64,000 nucleotides of DNA from an uncultured Pseudomonadota bacterium (GCA_964606885.1 CAZSHB010000001.1:61569-125568); one strand, 5' to 3'. Counted from the first letter of the stretch, positions 9,357 through 18,549 are shown. Program-made: numbers and translations. Notes: a model not told the origin generated them from the sequence alone.

Positions 9357-10080
9357 TTCGCTCTGGTGGAAAACAAAAGAAGAAGAAGTGGTAACACATG
9401 AACACAAATTATCCCCTGGCGCGCATATTTCTATAGAAAACAATAACGGTCCTATTACTATCAGCACTTGGAATAAAAACTCGATCATGTTAGAGGCTAC
9501 TAAATCAGGATCTGAACAATCGGTTAAAAATACCAAGATTGATCTCACCTACACCGCAAAAGGCTTATCTATAAAAACCGTTGGTCTTAAACCGGACAAA
9601 ACCTGTACTATTTCATTTGCAATTATCGTTCCTGTTGATGCTCACCTTGATTCCATTAAAACCGAACAAGGTAACATCACCGTAAAAAACAGTGCAACGC
9701 CACTCTCACTAAGCAGTAACTATGGCGATCTAACCGTGATTGACGCACAAAGCTCAATCAACGCACATACTAAATATGGACAAATCACCATATCAACGAC
9801 ATCTGAACTTAAAGATGATAATAAAGTACTTGCGTTTACCGAACGTGGCGCCATCACCATGCATGTACCAGAAAAAACAAATGCACACCTGTACGCAACT
9901 ACCTTACGTGGCAGTGTATCAACCGAACAACCTGTAACGCTTGATCCGCGCACAACTCCTATTAACACTAAAGCTATTGCGCAAATCAAACGGGACGTCC
10001 AAGGTTCTTTAGGTTCTGGACAAGGACCAACGTTTAAATTACACACCAACAAAGGCAATATTAAACTTGCTGTTAGCTAA
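9274..10080 (+). CDS. Secreted hypothetical protein, possibly DUF4097-like beta-helical (putative adhesin fold)
   Basis: Signal peptide MNTKQFLAIGFLLTAVNCTLSA. Repeated G-x-I-T-[VI] strands (GPITIST, GNITVKN, GDLTVID, GQITIST, GAITMHV, GNIKLAV). Confidence 0.45.
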   Translation: MNTKQFLAIGFLLTAVNCTLSAHIFEDISLWWKTKEEEVVTHEHKLSPGAHISIENNNGPITISTWNKNSIMLEATKSGSEQSVKNTKIDLTYTAKGLSIKTVGLKPDKTCTISFAIIVPVDAHLDSIKTEQGNITVKNSATPLSLSSNYGDLTVIDAQSSINAHTKYGQITISTTSELKDDNKVLAFTERGAITMHVPEKTNAHLYATTLRGSVSTEQPVTLDPRTTPINTKAIAQIKRDVQGSLGSGQGPTFKLHTNKGNIKLAVS

Positions 10081-10089
10081 TTAAGCAAA

Positions 10090-10620
10090 ATGCCCATGAT
10101 TACACTGTTTGCTAATGCACTTATTATTATAAGCTGCTTAATGCCTATAAGTCTTTCTAGTGCAATGCAACCTTCAATAAAAACCGGCTATCAATCTATC
10201 AATTATACGAGCACAACATATCCAGATGGTATGTACGATATTCATGTAATAAGCACCAGTAATAATGCATCTTGCCCTATTATTTATCTGCGTTTTGATA
10301 ACGCAGATGGAACAACACCTACCGTTGTAACAAGTAACATCACAGGTAAAGAAAATATCCTACAAGCACTTATCGATGCTTACGCCATTGACCGTAGTAG
10401 TTCAGATGCAGTATTCAACAACCTAAATTTTTTTGCATATCATGTTGTAAACAATCTACCAATGACGCCCAATCGCTATACAATTAGCTTGCATCTTGCT
10501 CTGACTATTATAGGAATAGAATCTTATCTAGAAAAACGTCAACCAGAATACCGCAGCTTATTGTTATCTTGGATAGATAATGAAGCACAATGTAATAATC
10601 TGCCAGCGCAACTACGTTGA
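10090..10620 (+). CDS. Hypothetical secreted protein
   Basis: 176-aa ORF with a hydrophobic leader (LFANALIIISCLMPISLSSA). I recognise no motif. Confidence 0.5.
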   Translation: MPMITLFANALIIISCLMPISLSSAMQPSIKTGYQSINYTSTTYPDGMYDIHVISTSNNASCPIIYLRFDNADGTTPTVVTSNITGKENILQALIDAYAIDRSSSDAVFNNLNFFAYHVVNNLPMTPNRYTISLHLALTIIGIESYLEKRQPEYRSLLLSWIDNEAQCNNLPAQLR

Positions 10621-10637
10621 TACTAAAACCACTTTGA

Positions 10638-11309
10638 TTATCTACGAGCAGCCATATAATCAAGATACGCTTGTCGATTATTTGCCAGCCGTTCTTCTAG
10701 TTTCCATTGACGTTGTTCACGCTTCCATGCAAGTCCTTCTATAAAAGTAAGCCATACATGCGACCAACTGCCAAGATACCCAGGTCTTGGACGTAACCCA
10801 TATTCATGCAAAAAAAGCGCAATACGATTTGTTAAAGAATGATAGCTTGGATCGCCAAATTCGGGACGCGTTGCAATAGTAGTTTGTAATTTACCAACAT
10901 CACCACGCATTTGCCTAAGCACTTCTGCATATTCCCATGAATACAAACTTTCTATAAACGCACGCACATCAGCTTGATATTGAAGGGCAACTATTTCACC
11001 TACATTTTCATAATGATCATAATAAGGCTGAAAATAATTATCTGAGATATTCACGCCATTAATAGTTTGTATTGTCGTTCTACATATAGGACATCTTGGC
11101 GCTGTCTGTGATAACTCATCCATCCATTCTTGAATGCACGGTTTACAAAAACTATGACCACAGTTTGCTTGTGCATTAAGTAATTTTTCATCAAGACAAA
11201 TGGGACATGTATCAGCGGCTGAAGCGTCATAAAAAATGTCTTCTGCGTCTGCTGCATAGATAGAACTACTCACTACTGTAGCAACTAACACTATTAGTTT
11301 TATGTTCAT
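10638..11309 (-). CDS. Secreted RING-HC (C3HC4) finger protein, putative E3 ubiquitin ligase mimic
   Basis: Signal peptide MNIKLIVLVATVVSSSIYA. Perfect RING spacing in CPIC-x11-CGH-x2-C-x2-C-x14-CPIC (DNA ~11076-11207). One copy of a ~60-aa C-terminal module is shared with the upstream gene. Confidence 0.8.
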   Translation of the reverse strand: MNIKLIVLVATVVSSSIYAADAEDIFYDASAADTCPICLDEKLLNAQANCGHSFCKPCIQEWMDELSQTAPRCPICRTTIQTINGVNISDNYFQPYYDHYENVGEIVALQYQADVRAFIESLYSWEYAEVLRQMRGDVGKLQTTIATRPEFGDPSYHSLTNRIALFLHEYGLRPRPGYLGSWSHVWLTFIEGLAWKREQRQWKLEERLANNRQAYLDYMAARR

Positions 11310-12376
11310 CGTACACCCCCTGCTTGGTAACGTGCCATTTTTCTTGCTTCCCTTGCATCTTCATCAAGATCAGGAACTTCTATAGCAAGATCTTGAGTTG
11401 ATATATTCAAATCTCGTCTAAAAATTTCCATACGAATTTCTGGAGTTAGCCATGTCTGATCAATCCATTCTGGATGCGTAAAAATATTTTCTTCTATCTT
11501 ACCTTCATAATAACTCCATAGAACCGTATAGTCACGTGGCGTCAAACTGTCGATAAAATCTCTTATTTCTTGGTAATAAGCATCTGGAATAACAAACTGA
11601 TCCATACCTTCTATAACAGGTCGGGTAAAATCAAACACATGATCTGCTGGATCAAAAAGATCTTCATCTTCAATAAATTGATCCGCAAAATATAAACGGT
11701 CAAACTCTGCAGCATTATTCATTGCACGATGATTAGTTTTATCTTGACGATCATAATCTTCTGCCTCAGTCAAATCCAAGCGCTCATCTATTTCTTGTAA
11801 ACCAACATAATTTCTAAAAAAAGCCATACGTCGCTCTAATGGTAACCACGTATCATCAACCCATTCTGGTGTTAAAGAAAGAATAATTTCTAAACTACTA
11901 TCTTCATCATCACTATATTCATCAAGTAATGCCTGATATTCCTGAACATTTAACTGATGAACAAAATCTTGAATTTGTTGACGATACATTGGTGCAACTA
12001 TAATGCGACGGTTAATATCGGGAGCAAAATTAAAATTGTGGCTGAGCGCAGGAGAGGGCTTAAATGGCACCCTAACAGGTTGCTGATTAATAGTTGTTAC
12101 ATCTGCTCTACATGCAGGGCATGTATCATGTTCATGCAACCATCCATCAATATACTCCTCCTGGCCATCTGGATAACCATCTTTAATACAAGGCATACAA
12201 AACTGATGACCACAATTTAATTGTGCATCAAGTACTATGTCTTCTTCTATACAAATCGGGCATTTTCCTGTTACTTGTTTTATAGCTTGAGGTTCTTCTG
12301 CCGGCTGTTCTGCTGCTTGTAAACCCACATTTGCTGTTAATAACAGCAAACTTGCCAACCATACTATCCGCTTCAT
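11306..12376 (-). CDS. Secreted RING-HC (C3HC4) finger protein with duplicated C-terminal module
   Basis: ATG at 12376 is preceded by AAAGGGGG; the ORF-track TTG start is 12409. Signal peptide MKRIVWLASLLLLTANVGLQA. RING: CPIC-x12-CGH-x2-C-x2-C-x23-CPAC (DNA ~12110-12262). The stop overlaps the downstream start as ATGA (11306-11309). Confidence 0.8.
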   Translation of the reverse strand: MKRIVWLASLLLLTANVGLQAAEQPAEEPQAIKQVTGKCPICIEEDIVLDAQLNCGHQFCMPCIKDGYPDGQEEYIDGWLHEHDTCPACRADVTTINQQPVRVPFKPSPALSHNFNFAPDINRRIIVAPMYRQQIQDFVHQLNVQEYQALLDEYSDDEDSSLEIILSLTPEWVDDTWLPLERRMAFFRNYVGLQEIDERLDLTEAEDYDRQDKTNHRAMNNAAEFDRLYFADQFIEDEDLFDPADHVFDFTRPVIEGMDQFVIPDAYYQEIRDFIDSLTPRDYTVLWSYYEGKIEENIFTHPEWIDQTWLTPEIRMEIFRRDLNISTQDLAIEVPDLDEDAREARKMARYQAGGVR

Positions 12377-12569
12377 TATAACCCCCTTTTTTATGCTCTC
12401 TACTTCCAATAAGCCAATGTTTTACGTATTAAGCTTATCGCAATGTTTCAATTTGAATTATATCAACTTGCCAGCCTTTTAGACAAGAAAAAAATTGATC
12501 CGGCTTACTATTGCTTTAAACTACGTACTATTATTTTAAACTTTATGCGCGATAAAAAGGACCATCCCT

Positions 12570-13130
12570 ATGCGTACTATCCTGTATCTTTGTGTAAGTG
12601 TGTATTGTATAAGTGCAAGCTTTTTATATAGCGGGCAACGCATGGCCCTCACTACTTATCTAAAAATTGCGGCAACTAAAAATACTCCTGCAAGCAACCA
12701 TCCTCTTTATACACTCTCTTTTGGTGATAATCAGGAAGTTTCTTGCACGCTTGTGCCTACCGGTAAACATACACCTGTCATTAACGCTTCTGCTTTAGAA
12801 AACGCTAAAGCACTTTTTACAGAATTAACGACTGAGTTGCGTAATTGCCCATCAAAAGAACAATGTATTGCTTTACATACAACTGCAAGCAACCACCATC
12901 TAGGTATTCTCCAATATCAACATCTTGTCTACGCCTATTTATCTTTATCTGAAGATAAAACTGCAGGTGCAGCTCTTGATGCTATTGATAGAGAAATAAA
13001 AGATCTCGATACATGGCTCAACCCCTTTTTAGCACGTCTTTGTTTTGAAAAAGCATGCCATGTAAAAAACCCTCAAGCAAAAACACCGTTTCTTACTTTT
13101 TTAAACCAACATACTACTCAAAAAGATTAG
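12570..13130 (+). CDS. Hypothetical secreted protein
   Basis: 186-aa ORF with a hydrophobic N-terminus. Weak similarity to the next ORF (C-terminal KTPFLTFL vs KTPLLNMI). Confidence 0.5.
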   Translation: MRTILYLCVSVYCISASFLYSGQRMALTTYLKIAATKNTPASNHPLYTLSFGDNQEVSCTLVPTGKHTPVINASALENAKALFTELTTELRNCPSKEQCIALHTTASNHHLGILQYQHLVYAYLSLSEDKTAGAALDAIDREIKDLDTWLNPFLARLCFEKACHVKNPQAKTPFLTFLNQHTTQKD

Positions 13131-13139
13131 ACGACACCC

Positions 13140-13754
13140 ATGAGACAAAAAAAAGCTCTTTATACACTCATACTTGCAGCGTTTATCTCCACACAGCAAG
13201 CACATACCAGCCAGCACGCATTACCATCTACGCAAACATTCCCTAAAAATAGCTTTCGACTACTCTCCCATTCTGTAGGCCCAAAAATCTGCAAAATTTC
13301 TTCCGGTGAACCAATTTTTGATCTTTATACAGGACCATGGGGAATATCCCCTGTACTGTTTCCAGAAAATACTGACGAACGCGCTACGCCTACTGAACTT
13401 ACGTGCTCACGTATTTATCGTACATCAGAAGCACTATGGTTAGAAACAAGGCATATCTATCATGATTGTATGAATATAGGAAAAAGCAACTATGGAAAAA
13501 TAGTTCATGATGCGCATGCTGCTTATTGCGCACCCATACTTACTTTTAAAGAAAATATGCAACAACTTTTTGACCGCAAAGAAGCTGGTCATACAGATGC
13601 TGATGTTCGCCCTTTACAACTCTTGATACTACAGCAAGCACATGCCATAAACCCTGTAGCCGTTGCTATGTTACGAGAGCTCATGCAACGACAAAAGTAT
13701 CCTCATGATAAAGATGTTAAGACGCCTCTTTTGAACATGATTGAATTGGGATAA
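13140..13754 (+). CDS. Hypothetical secreted protein (possible distant paralog of 12570-13130)
   Basis: 204-aa ORF with signal peptide MRQKKALYTLILAAFISTQQAHT. Confidence 0.5.
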   Translation: MRQKKALYTLILAAFISTQQAHTSQHALPSTQTFPKNSFRLLSHSVGPKICKISSGEPIFDLYTGPWGISPVLFPENTDERATPTELTCSRIYRTSEALWLETRHIYHDCMNIGKSNYGKIVHDAHAAYCAPILTFKENMQQLFDRKEAGHTDADVRPLQLLILQQAHAINPVAVAMLRELMQRQKYPHDKDVKTPLLNMIELG

Positions 13755-13988
13755 TAATAGCCCGTCTTCCGTCTACGCCTAATGGCTTCGAACGGACAAG
13801 ACGCTTTAAAAAAAAGTATAATTACCTATTAAAAAACTTGCTTGCATCTTGTAAGAGTCCAGCCTTCGCTTGTACTTAGAGATAATAATCTTCTACGGTT
13901 TACACGCTACGGCGGACACCAGTCTTCAGTTAATTTTTAGTTCAAGCCTATAAGGCGCAGCCAGACGAAGTTGCTAAGCAACGAAGAC

Positions 13989-14064
13989 TGGTGGAGCCGA
14001 CCGGGGTCGAACCGGTGACCTCATGAATGCCATCCATGCGCTCTGCCAGCTGAGCTACGGCCCC
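13989..14064 (-). tRNA. tRNA-Ala (anticodon GGC), CCA encoded
   Basis: The reverse complement GGGGCCGTAGCTCAGCTGGCAGAGCGCATGGATGGCATTCATGAGGTCACCGGTTCGACCCCGGTCGGCTCCACCA folds as a cloverleaf. It has the G3:U70 Ala identity pair and anticodon loop AUGGCAU. Confidence 0.9.
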
Positions 14065-14260
14065 AAAATAAGATTTTTTAAAGAACAGAAAAAGATTTTT
14101 TTATTGTAAATCAACACCGACAAAATGCAACTATTTCTCTGTGTTTTACAGCATAGTAACGCTCTGCTAACAATTATCTATAAAAGAACAATAAGTGTGG
14201 TAGAGTAACCTACATAATAATTATTGATACACTTTTCAAACCTGTACACAGGAGACTTTT

Positions 14261-16015
14261 ATGAAACGTTTTTCCGCACTTATGCCGTTTCTTTTTTCTT
14301 GTTCGTTGTTATCCATTTCTGTAGAACTCAAAGAAAAAAAAATATCTCCCACGCAAACAGATATCGCTTGTACCTTTGTGCTCCAACCGCATGAAGTTCT
14401 GTACGAAAAAAATATGCTTTTTTCTATAGATAACCCTGATGTGACCCTTTCTAAAGCAACCCCTAACAAAGAACTTTCATCATCATACGATCCGCATTTT
14501 AAAGAACACCGTATGGTATTTGATGAAAACGTAACCTTCTCTCTACAAGCAACACGTACAACACCAAACGACACCCCAACAAATCTTACTATTCTTTATG
14601 CAACCAGCACCCACAAAGAAGGCCAAAACGCAACGTTTGCTATTAACTTTGCTCATGCACAAGATGGCGCTATAAGTGCATCTCCTGCAAATCAGGATAT
14701 TCAAGAATGCCAAGTATTAGTCAAACAAGAAGAAGCGAGCAGTTGGCGAGGCACTATCCAAAAAATAAAGGACACCGTCAGCTCTACCGATTCGTGGTTA
14801 CTGCGTCTTACCTTTGTCTTCTTACTTGGGTTATTACTCAGCCTTACTCCGTGCATTTACCCAATGATTCCTATAACTGTTGGTATTTTACAAGCACAAG
14901 GCAGCAAATCTCTCAGTAGAAATTTTTTCTTATCCTGCTGTTACACCATGGGTCTTTCAACCACCTTTGCATTGATGGGGTTACTAGCAGCGTCATCAGG
15001 TTCAGTCTTTGGACACTTACTTGCTAACCCTCTGTTTGTACTCTGTATTGTCGCCTTACTCTGCTACTTTGCATTTTCACTTTTTGGTTTTTACAACATG
15101 TACATTCCAAAAGTTATGCGTGGTAAAGGATCACTTTCTAGCACCGGTTCAGCATTATCAATTTTTACCTTTGGCCTTGCAAGCGGCACCTTTGCATCAC
15201 CATGCGTATCACCAGGCTTAGCACTGGTTCTTGCAATTGTTGCAGCACTTGGCAGCAAACTCTTAGGATTCTTACTTCTGTTTGTATTTGGTATTGGTAT
15301 GAGCACGCCACTTTTAGTTATTGGCACCTTCTCAAGCTCTATTAATATGCTTCCACGTGCAGGTATGTGGATGATAGAAATTCAACGCCTGTTTGGATTC
15401 TTATTGCTTGGTATGTGCTTCTATTACCTCAACGCACTTATCCCTGATGCATTAACCGCAGCTGGCGTCTGCGTACTTCTTGTTGTTGCTGGCGTCTATT
15501 ACATACGTACCAAACACAGCAGTTCAGGCGTTTGGAAGTTCCTCAAAAACATTATTGGTATCGGCTGTTTAGCAATATCAGCATTCTTAGCAGTAGTTAC
15601 TATTCAAGATATGTACTACCCAGAACTGCATAAAACAACACAAGACAACTGGTTTACCGATCTTGATAAAGCACAAGAAGTAGCACTGGCTCAAAACAAA
15701 AAAGTATTTATCGATTTTTGGACACCATATTGCTCAATTTGCAAAGCAATCACCAACACAGTACTAAAAGATGCAAGTGTAGGTTGTGTACTCAATCAGT
15801 ACTACACCGTACTGACAGTTGACGCTTCTGATAACAATACTGAACCATACAAAACATTACGCTCACGCTATGATATTCAAGGCGTACCAACACTTATTAT
15901 TGTTGACCCAACAAACAATAAGGCATTAAAGCGTTGGTCAAGCGAATTGTATGACATGGAAAAATCTGCAATTATTGAAGAGCTGACTGCATACGGACAA
16001 GCAAAAAGTCTGTAA
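14261..16015 (+). CDS. dsbD: Thiol:disulfide interchange protein DsbD-like (CcdA-type membrane domain + C-terminal thioredoxin)
   Basis: Signal peptide and N-terminal domain. Polytopic core with LTPCIYPMIP and SPCVSPG motifs. C-terminal Trx fold with WTPYCSICK. Confidence 0.75.
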   Translation: MKRFSALMPFLFSCSLLSISVELKEKKISPTQTDIACTFVLQPHEVLYEKNMLFSIDNPDVTLSKATPNKELSSSYDPHFKEHRMVFDENVTFSLQATRTTPNDTPTNLTILYATSTHKEGQNATFAINFAHAQDGAISASPANQDIQECQVLVKQEEASSWRGTIQKIKDTVSSTDSWLLRLTFVFLLGLLLSLTPCIYPMIPITVGILQAQGSKSLSRNFFLSCCYTMGLSTTFALMGLLAASSGSVFGHLLANPLFVLCIVALLCYFAFSLFGFYNMYIPKVMRGKGSLSSTGSALSIFTFGLASGTFASPCVSPGLALVLAIVAALGSKLLGFLLLFVFGIGMSTPLLVIGTFSSSINMLPRAGMWMIEIQRLFGFLLLGMCFYYLNALIPDALTAAGVCVLLVVAGVYYIRTKHSSSGVWKFLKNIIGIGCLAISAFLAVVTIQDMYYPELHKTTQDNWFTDLDKAQEVALAQNKKVFIDFWTPYCSICKAITNTVLKDASVGCVLNQYYTVLTVDASDNNTEPYKTLRSRYDIQGVPTLIIVDPTNNKALKRWSSELYDMEKSAIIEELTAYGQAKSL

Positions 16016-16035
16016 CACACGTATACATAGCTAAC

Positions 16036-16073
16036 AAAAAGAGGCCGGTTTTTACTGGCCTCTTTTATTTTTT
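16036..16073. terminator. Bidirectional rho-independent terminator
   Basis: aaaaAGAGGCCggtttttactGGCCTCTtttatttttt lies between convergent genes. Confidence 0.75.
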
Positions 16074-16109
16074 AGATTATAAAAAACTACGCTGAGTTTT
16101 TATCCCATC

Positions 16110-16727
16110 TTAATCTCTGTCATCGTTATTATCTTGATCATCACCATTTTTGTTATCTTGTTCTTCGTTAGGATGCTTAAGCGAAGAATCTAACTTACAC
16201 CATGCATTAGGTACTGGGTTACCATTTTTGTCATATGCAGTACACTGAAAGAATGTTTGATTTCCAACCTTTTTTTTCGGCGGGTTTTGATCAAGAATTT
16301 CACTAAAATACGCAGGATTTACACTATAGTAATTATTAGTAACTTGATCTCCACCACCATTACCTCTACCGCCAGCAGAACTTGCAACCATTGCAGTTGT
16401 CATAACTAACGCAGTACACATAAATGCTCCACCCCATGCCCAACCGCCACCATAGTAACCACCGCTGCCATTAAAGTTATTGGTATGTGAGCTGTTATTA
16501 TTATGACTGTTATTATGACTATGATTACCACTATTTTTCCCACTGTGGCTACCACGCCCACCTTGTCCGCCAGAACGACCTGCAGAAGAATGCCCTCCAC
16601 GGCTACCACTGCCCCCACCATGATATCCTCCTCCATGACCACCGCCTCCGCCACCACGTGCTTCTATAACAGTTCCTACTCCCATACACGCTACTAATAA
16701 GAATCCTCTAAACTTTTTCATACGCAT
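16110..16727 (-). CDS. Gly/His/Asn/Ser-rich low-complexity secreted/membrane protein
   Basis: Leader MRMKKFRGFLLVACMGVGTVIEA, then GGGGGGHGGGYHGGGSGSRGGH...NHSHNNSHNNNSSH, a central hydrophobic segment (AFMCTALVMTTAMVASSA) and an acidic tail NGDDQDNNDDRD. The ORF-track GTG start at 16754 is unlikely; ATGs are at 16727 and 16721. Confidence 0.55.
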   Translation of the reverse strand: MRMKKFRGFLLVACMGVGTVIEARGGGGGGHGGGYHGGGSGSRGGHSSAGRSGGQGGRGSHSGKNSGNHSHNNSHNNNSSHTNNFNGSGGYYGGGWAWGGAFMCTALVMTTAMVASSAGGRGNGGGDQVTNNYYSVNPAYFSEILDQNPPKKKVGNQTFFQCTAYDKNGNPVPNAWCKLDSSLKHPNEEQDNKNGDDQDNNDDRD

Positions 16728-16970
16728 CCCTTTTTTTATCGCTTTACAGAACACACACTGCGCTCTTTCTTATTGCCAGCCTACGTTTAGCAGGACAAAA
16801 AAATCAAGAGCTGCCAGCAAAACTGCCTGCCATACACAATATTGGCATACTTTTTACCTGCCATGCCGCAAAAAGCGCAGTCGTAGAAAAAAAAGTAAAA
16901 AGCAGTAAACTAAGAAACATTGTTAAAAATGTTAAAAATTGCCCAGTCTTTCTAAAAGCAGGTGTAGCCC

Positions 16971-18470
16971 ATGAGCCACAAAGTTAATGATGAACTACCT
17001 ACGCTAACCCCCGATGCATCGCAAGAACATCATGTCCGTGTACAAAAAGTAAAAAAATTACGCGAAATGGGCATAGAACCATGGCCTGCTGCTAAAAGCG
17101 TTTCTGCAACAGCACAAGAAATTGTTGATGGTTTTGTTGATGGCACAGAGCAATCGTATACCGCTGCTGGTCGCCTTATGGCTATGCGTGGACATGGTAA
17201 AACCGCTTTTGGTGTTATTCAAGACAGATCTGGCAGAATGCAAGTCTACTTTAAAGAAGATCTGTTAGGCGCAGAACAGTTTGAACTACTCAAAAATTAT
17301 ATCGACCTTGGGGATAGTATCTGGGTTTCTGGTACTACTTTCCGCACCAAGACAGGTGAAGTTACATTGCAAGTAAAAGAGTTTACCCTCTTAAGCAAAT
17401 GCCTGCATCCACTACCAGAAAAGTTCCATGGTATTGCAGATATCGAAATTAAATATCGTCAGCGTTATTTAGATTTAATGAGCGATGCTCACAGCCGTCA
17501 TACCTTTATGACACGCTCACTCATGATCCGTGAAATTCGTCGCTATTTAGAAAGCCACGGATTTATGGAAGTGGAAACACCTATGCTCCACCCTATTCCT
17601 GGTGGCGCAGCAGCAAAACCATTTATTACGCACCACAATGCATTAAGCAGTGAGCTGTTCTTGCGTATTGCACCTGAACTTTATTTAAAACGACTGGTTA
17701 TTGGCGGGTTTGAACGCGTCTATGAAATTAATAGAAACTTCCGTAACGAAGGTATTTCAACACGTCATAATCCTGAATTTACCATGCTTGAATTTTACAT
17801 TGCACATCATGATTACCATTTCATGATGGACTTTGTAGAAGGCTTATTCAGACATGTTATTAGCAAAGCACATAACACGCTGACTATTCCTTTTGGCACA
17901 CATACACTAGATTTTTCAAAACCATTTAGCCGCATGAGTGTTGAACAAGCAGTACTTCATTATGGTAAGTATCAAAAAAGCGATATCAGCCCAACAAAAA
18001 TTGATGGTGAACTCAAAAAACATGGTTCAAAAATGGCCGGCATGCAAATCTCTTACGCGCAAAAAATGTTTGCATTGTTTGAAGAAGTTGCAGAACCACA
18101 TTTGATTCAACCAACCTTTATCATCGATTTCCCGCTTGAAGTTTCTCCTCTTGCTAAAAAAGATGATAAGAACCCAGAAGTGGTAGCTCGTTTTGAACTG
18201 TTCATGGCTGGCATGGAATTGGCAAATGCATTTAACGAGTTGAACGATCCGTTTGACCAAGAAGACCGCTTTAAACAACAAGTTGCCACACACGAAGCTG
18301 GCGATGACGAAGCACACCGTTTTGATGCTGACTTTATTAAAGCGTTGGAGCATGGCCTACCACCAACAGTCGGTTGCGGTATTGGTATCGATCGTCTTGC
18401 TATGTTGTTAACCAACAGCACTTCTATCAAAGACGTAATTCTGTTCCCTACGCTCAAAAGAAAAGACTAA
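16971..18470 (+). CDS. lysS: Lysine--tRNA ligase, class II
   Basis: OB-fold N-domain plus class II motifs (YLDL..., FRNEGIS, GCGIGIDRLAMLL). Confidence 0.95.
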   Translation: MSHKVNDELPTLTPDASQEHHVRVQKVKKLREMGIEPWPAAKSVSATAQEIVDGFVDGTEQSYTAAGRLMAMRGHGKTAFGVIQDRSGRMQVYFKEDLLGAEQFELLKNYIDLGDSIWVSGTTFRTKTGEVTLQVKEFTLLSKCLHPLPEKFHGIADIEIKYRQRYLDLMSDAHSRHTFMTRSLMIREIRRYLESHGFMEVETPMLHPIPGGAAAKPFITHHNALSSELFLRIAPELYLKRLVIGGFERVYEINRNFRNEGISTRHNPEFTMLEFYIAHHDYHFMMDFVEGLFRHVISKAHNTLTIPFGTHTLDFSKPFSRMSVEQAVLHYGKYQKSDISPTKIDGELKKHGSKMAGMQISYAQKMFALFEEVAEPHLIQPTFIIDFPLEVSPLAKKDDKNPEVVARFELFMAGMELANAFNELNDPFDQEDRFKQQVATHEAGDDEAHRFDADFIKALEHGLPPTVGCGIGIDRLAMLLTNSTSIKDVILFPTLKRKD

Positions 18471-18549
18471 GTAAAAAAACCCTAGACGTGTAAACCATTT
18501 TTTCGGTACAGCTTCTTATATAAAAACCAACATTATAAGAAAGTTAATT

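Noticed and set aside
9258-9548. 96-aa minus-strand ORF spanning the duplication boundary.
   Set aside because: It is antisense to the 5' end of the 9274 gene. It has no SD or motif, and the opposite strand has the conserved duplicated leader.
12443-12631. 62-aa plus-strand ORF in the RING / 12570 divergent intergenic region.
   Set aside because: It overlaps the start of the better-supported 12570 ORF in another frame and has neither an SD nor a signal sequence.
7119-13988. Calling the accessory island a mobile element.
   Set aside because: No integrase, transposase, conjugation or phage gene was seen, and I found no direct repeat of the tRNA-Ala 3' end by eye. I report it only as an accessory region.
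16406-16697. Alternative-frame ORFs (60-83 aa) within the Gly-rich gene.
   Set aside because: They are products of low-complexity GGN/CCN repeat DNA being open in several frames. Only the frame with a signal peptide, an SD and a terminator is credible.
16755-16970. A T-box or L-box type leader upstream of lysS.
   Set aside because: I found no specifier-loop or T-box consensus-like sequence (AGAGA…GGUGNRA-type) and no terminator/antiterminator pair. It is likely a plain promoter region.
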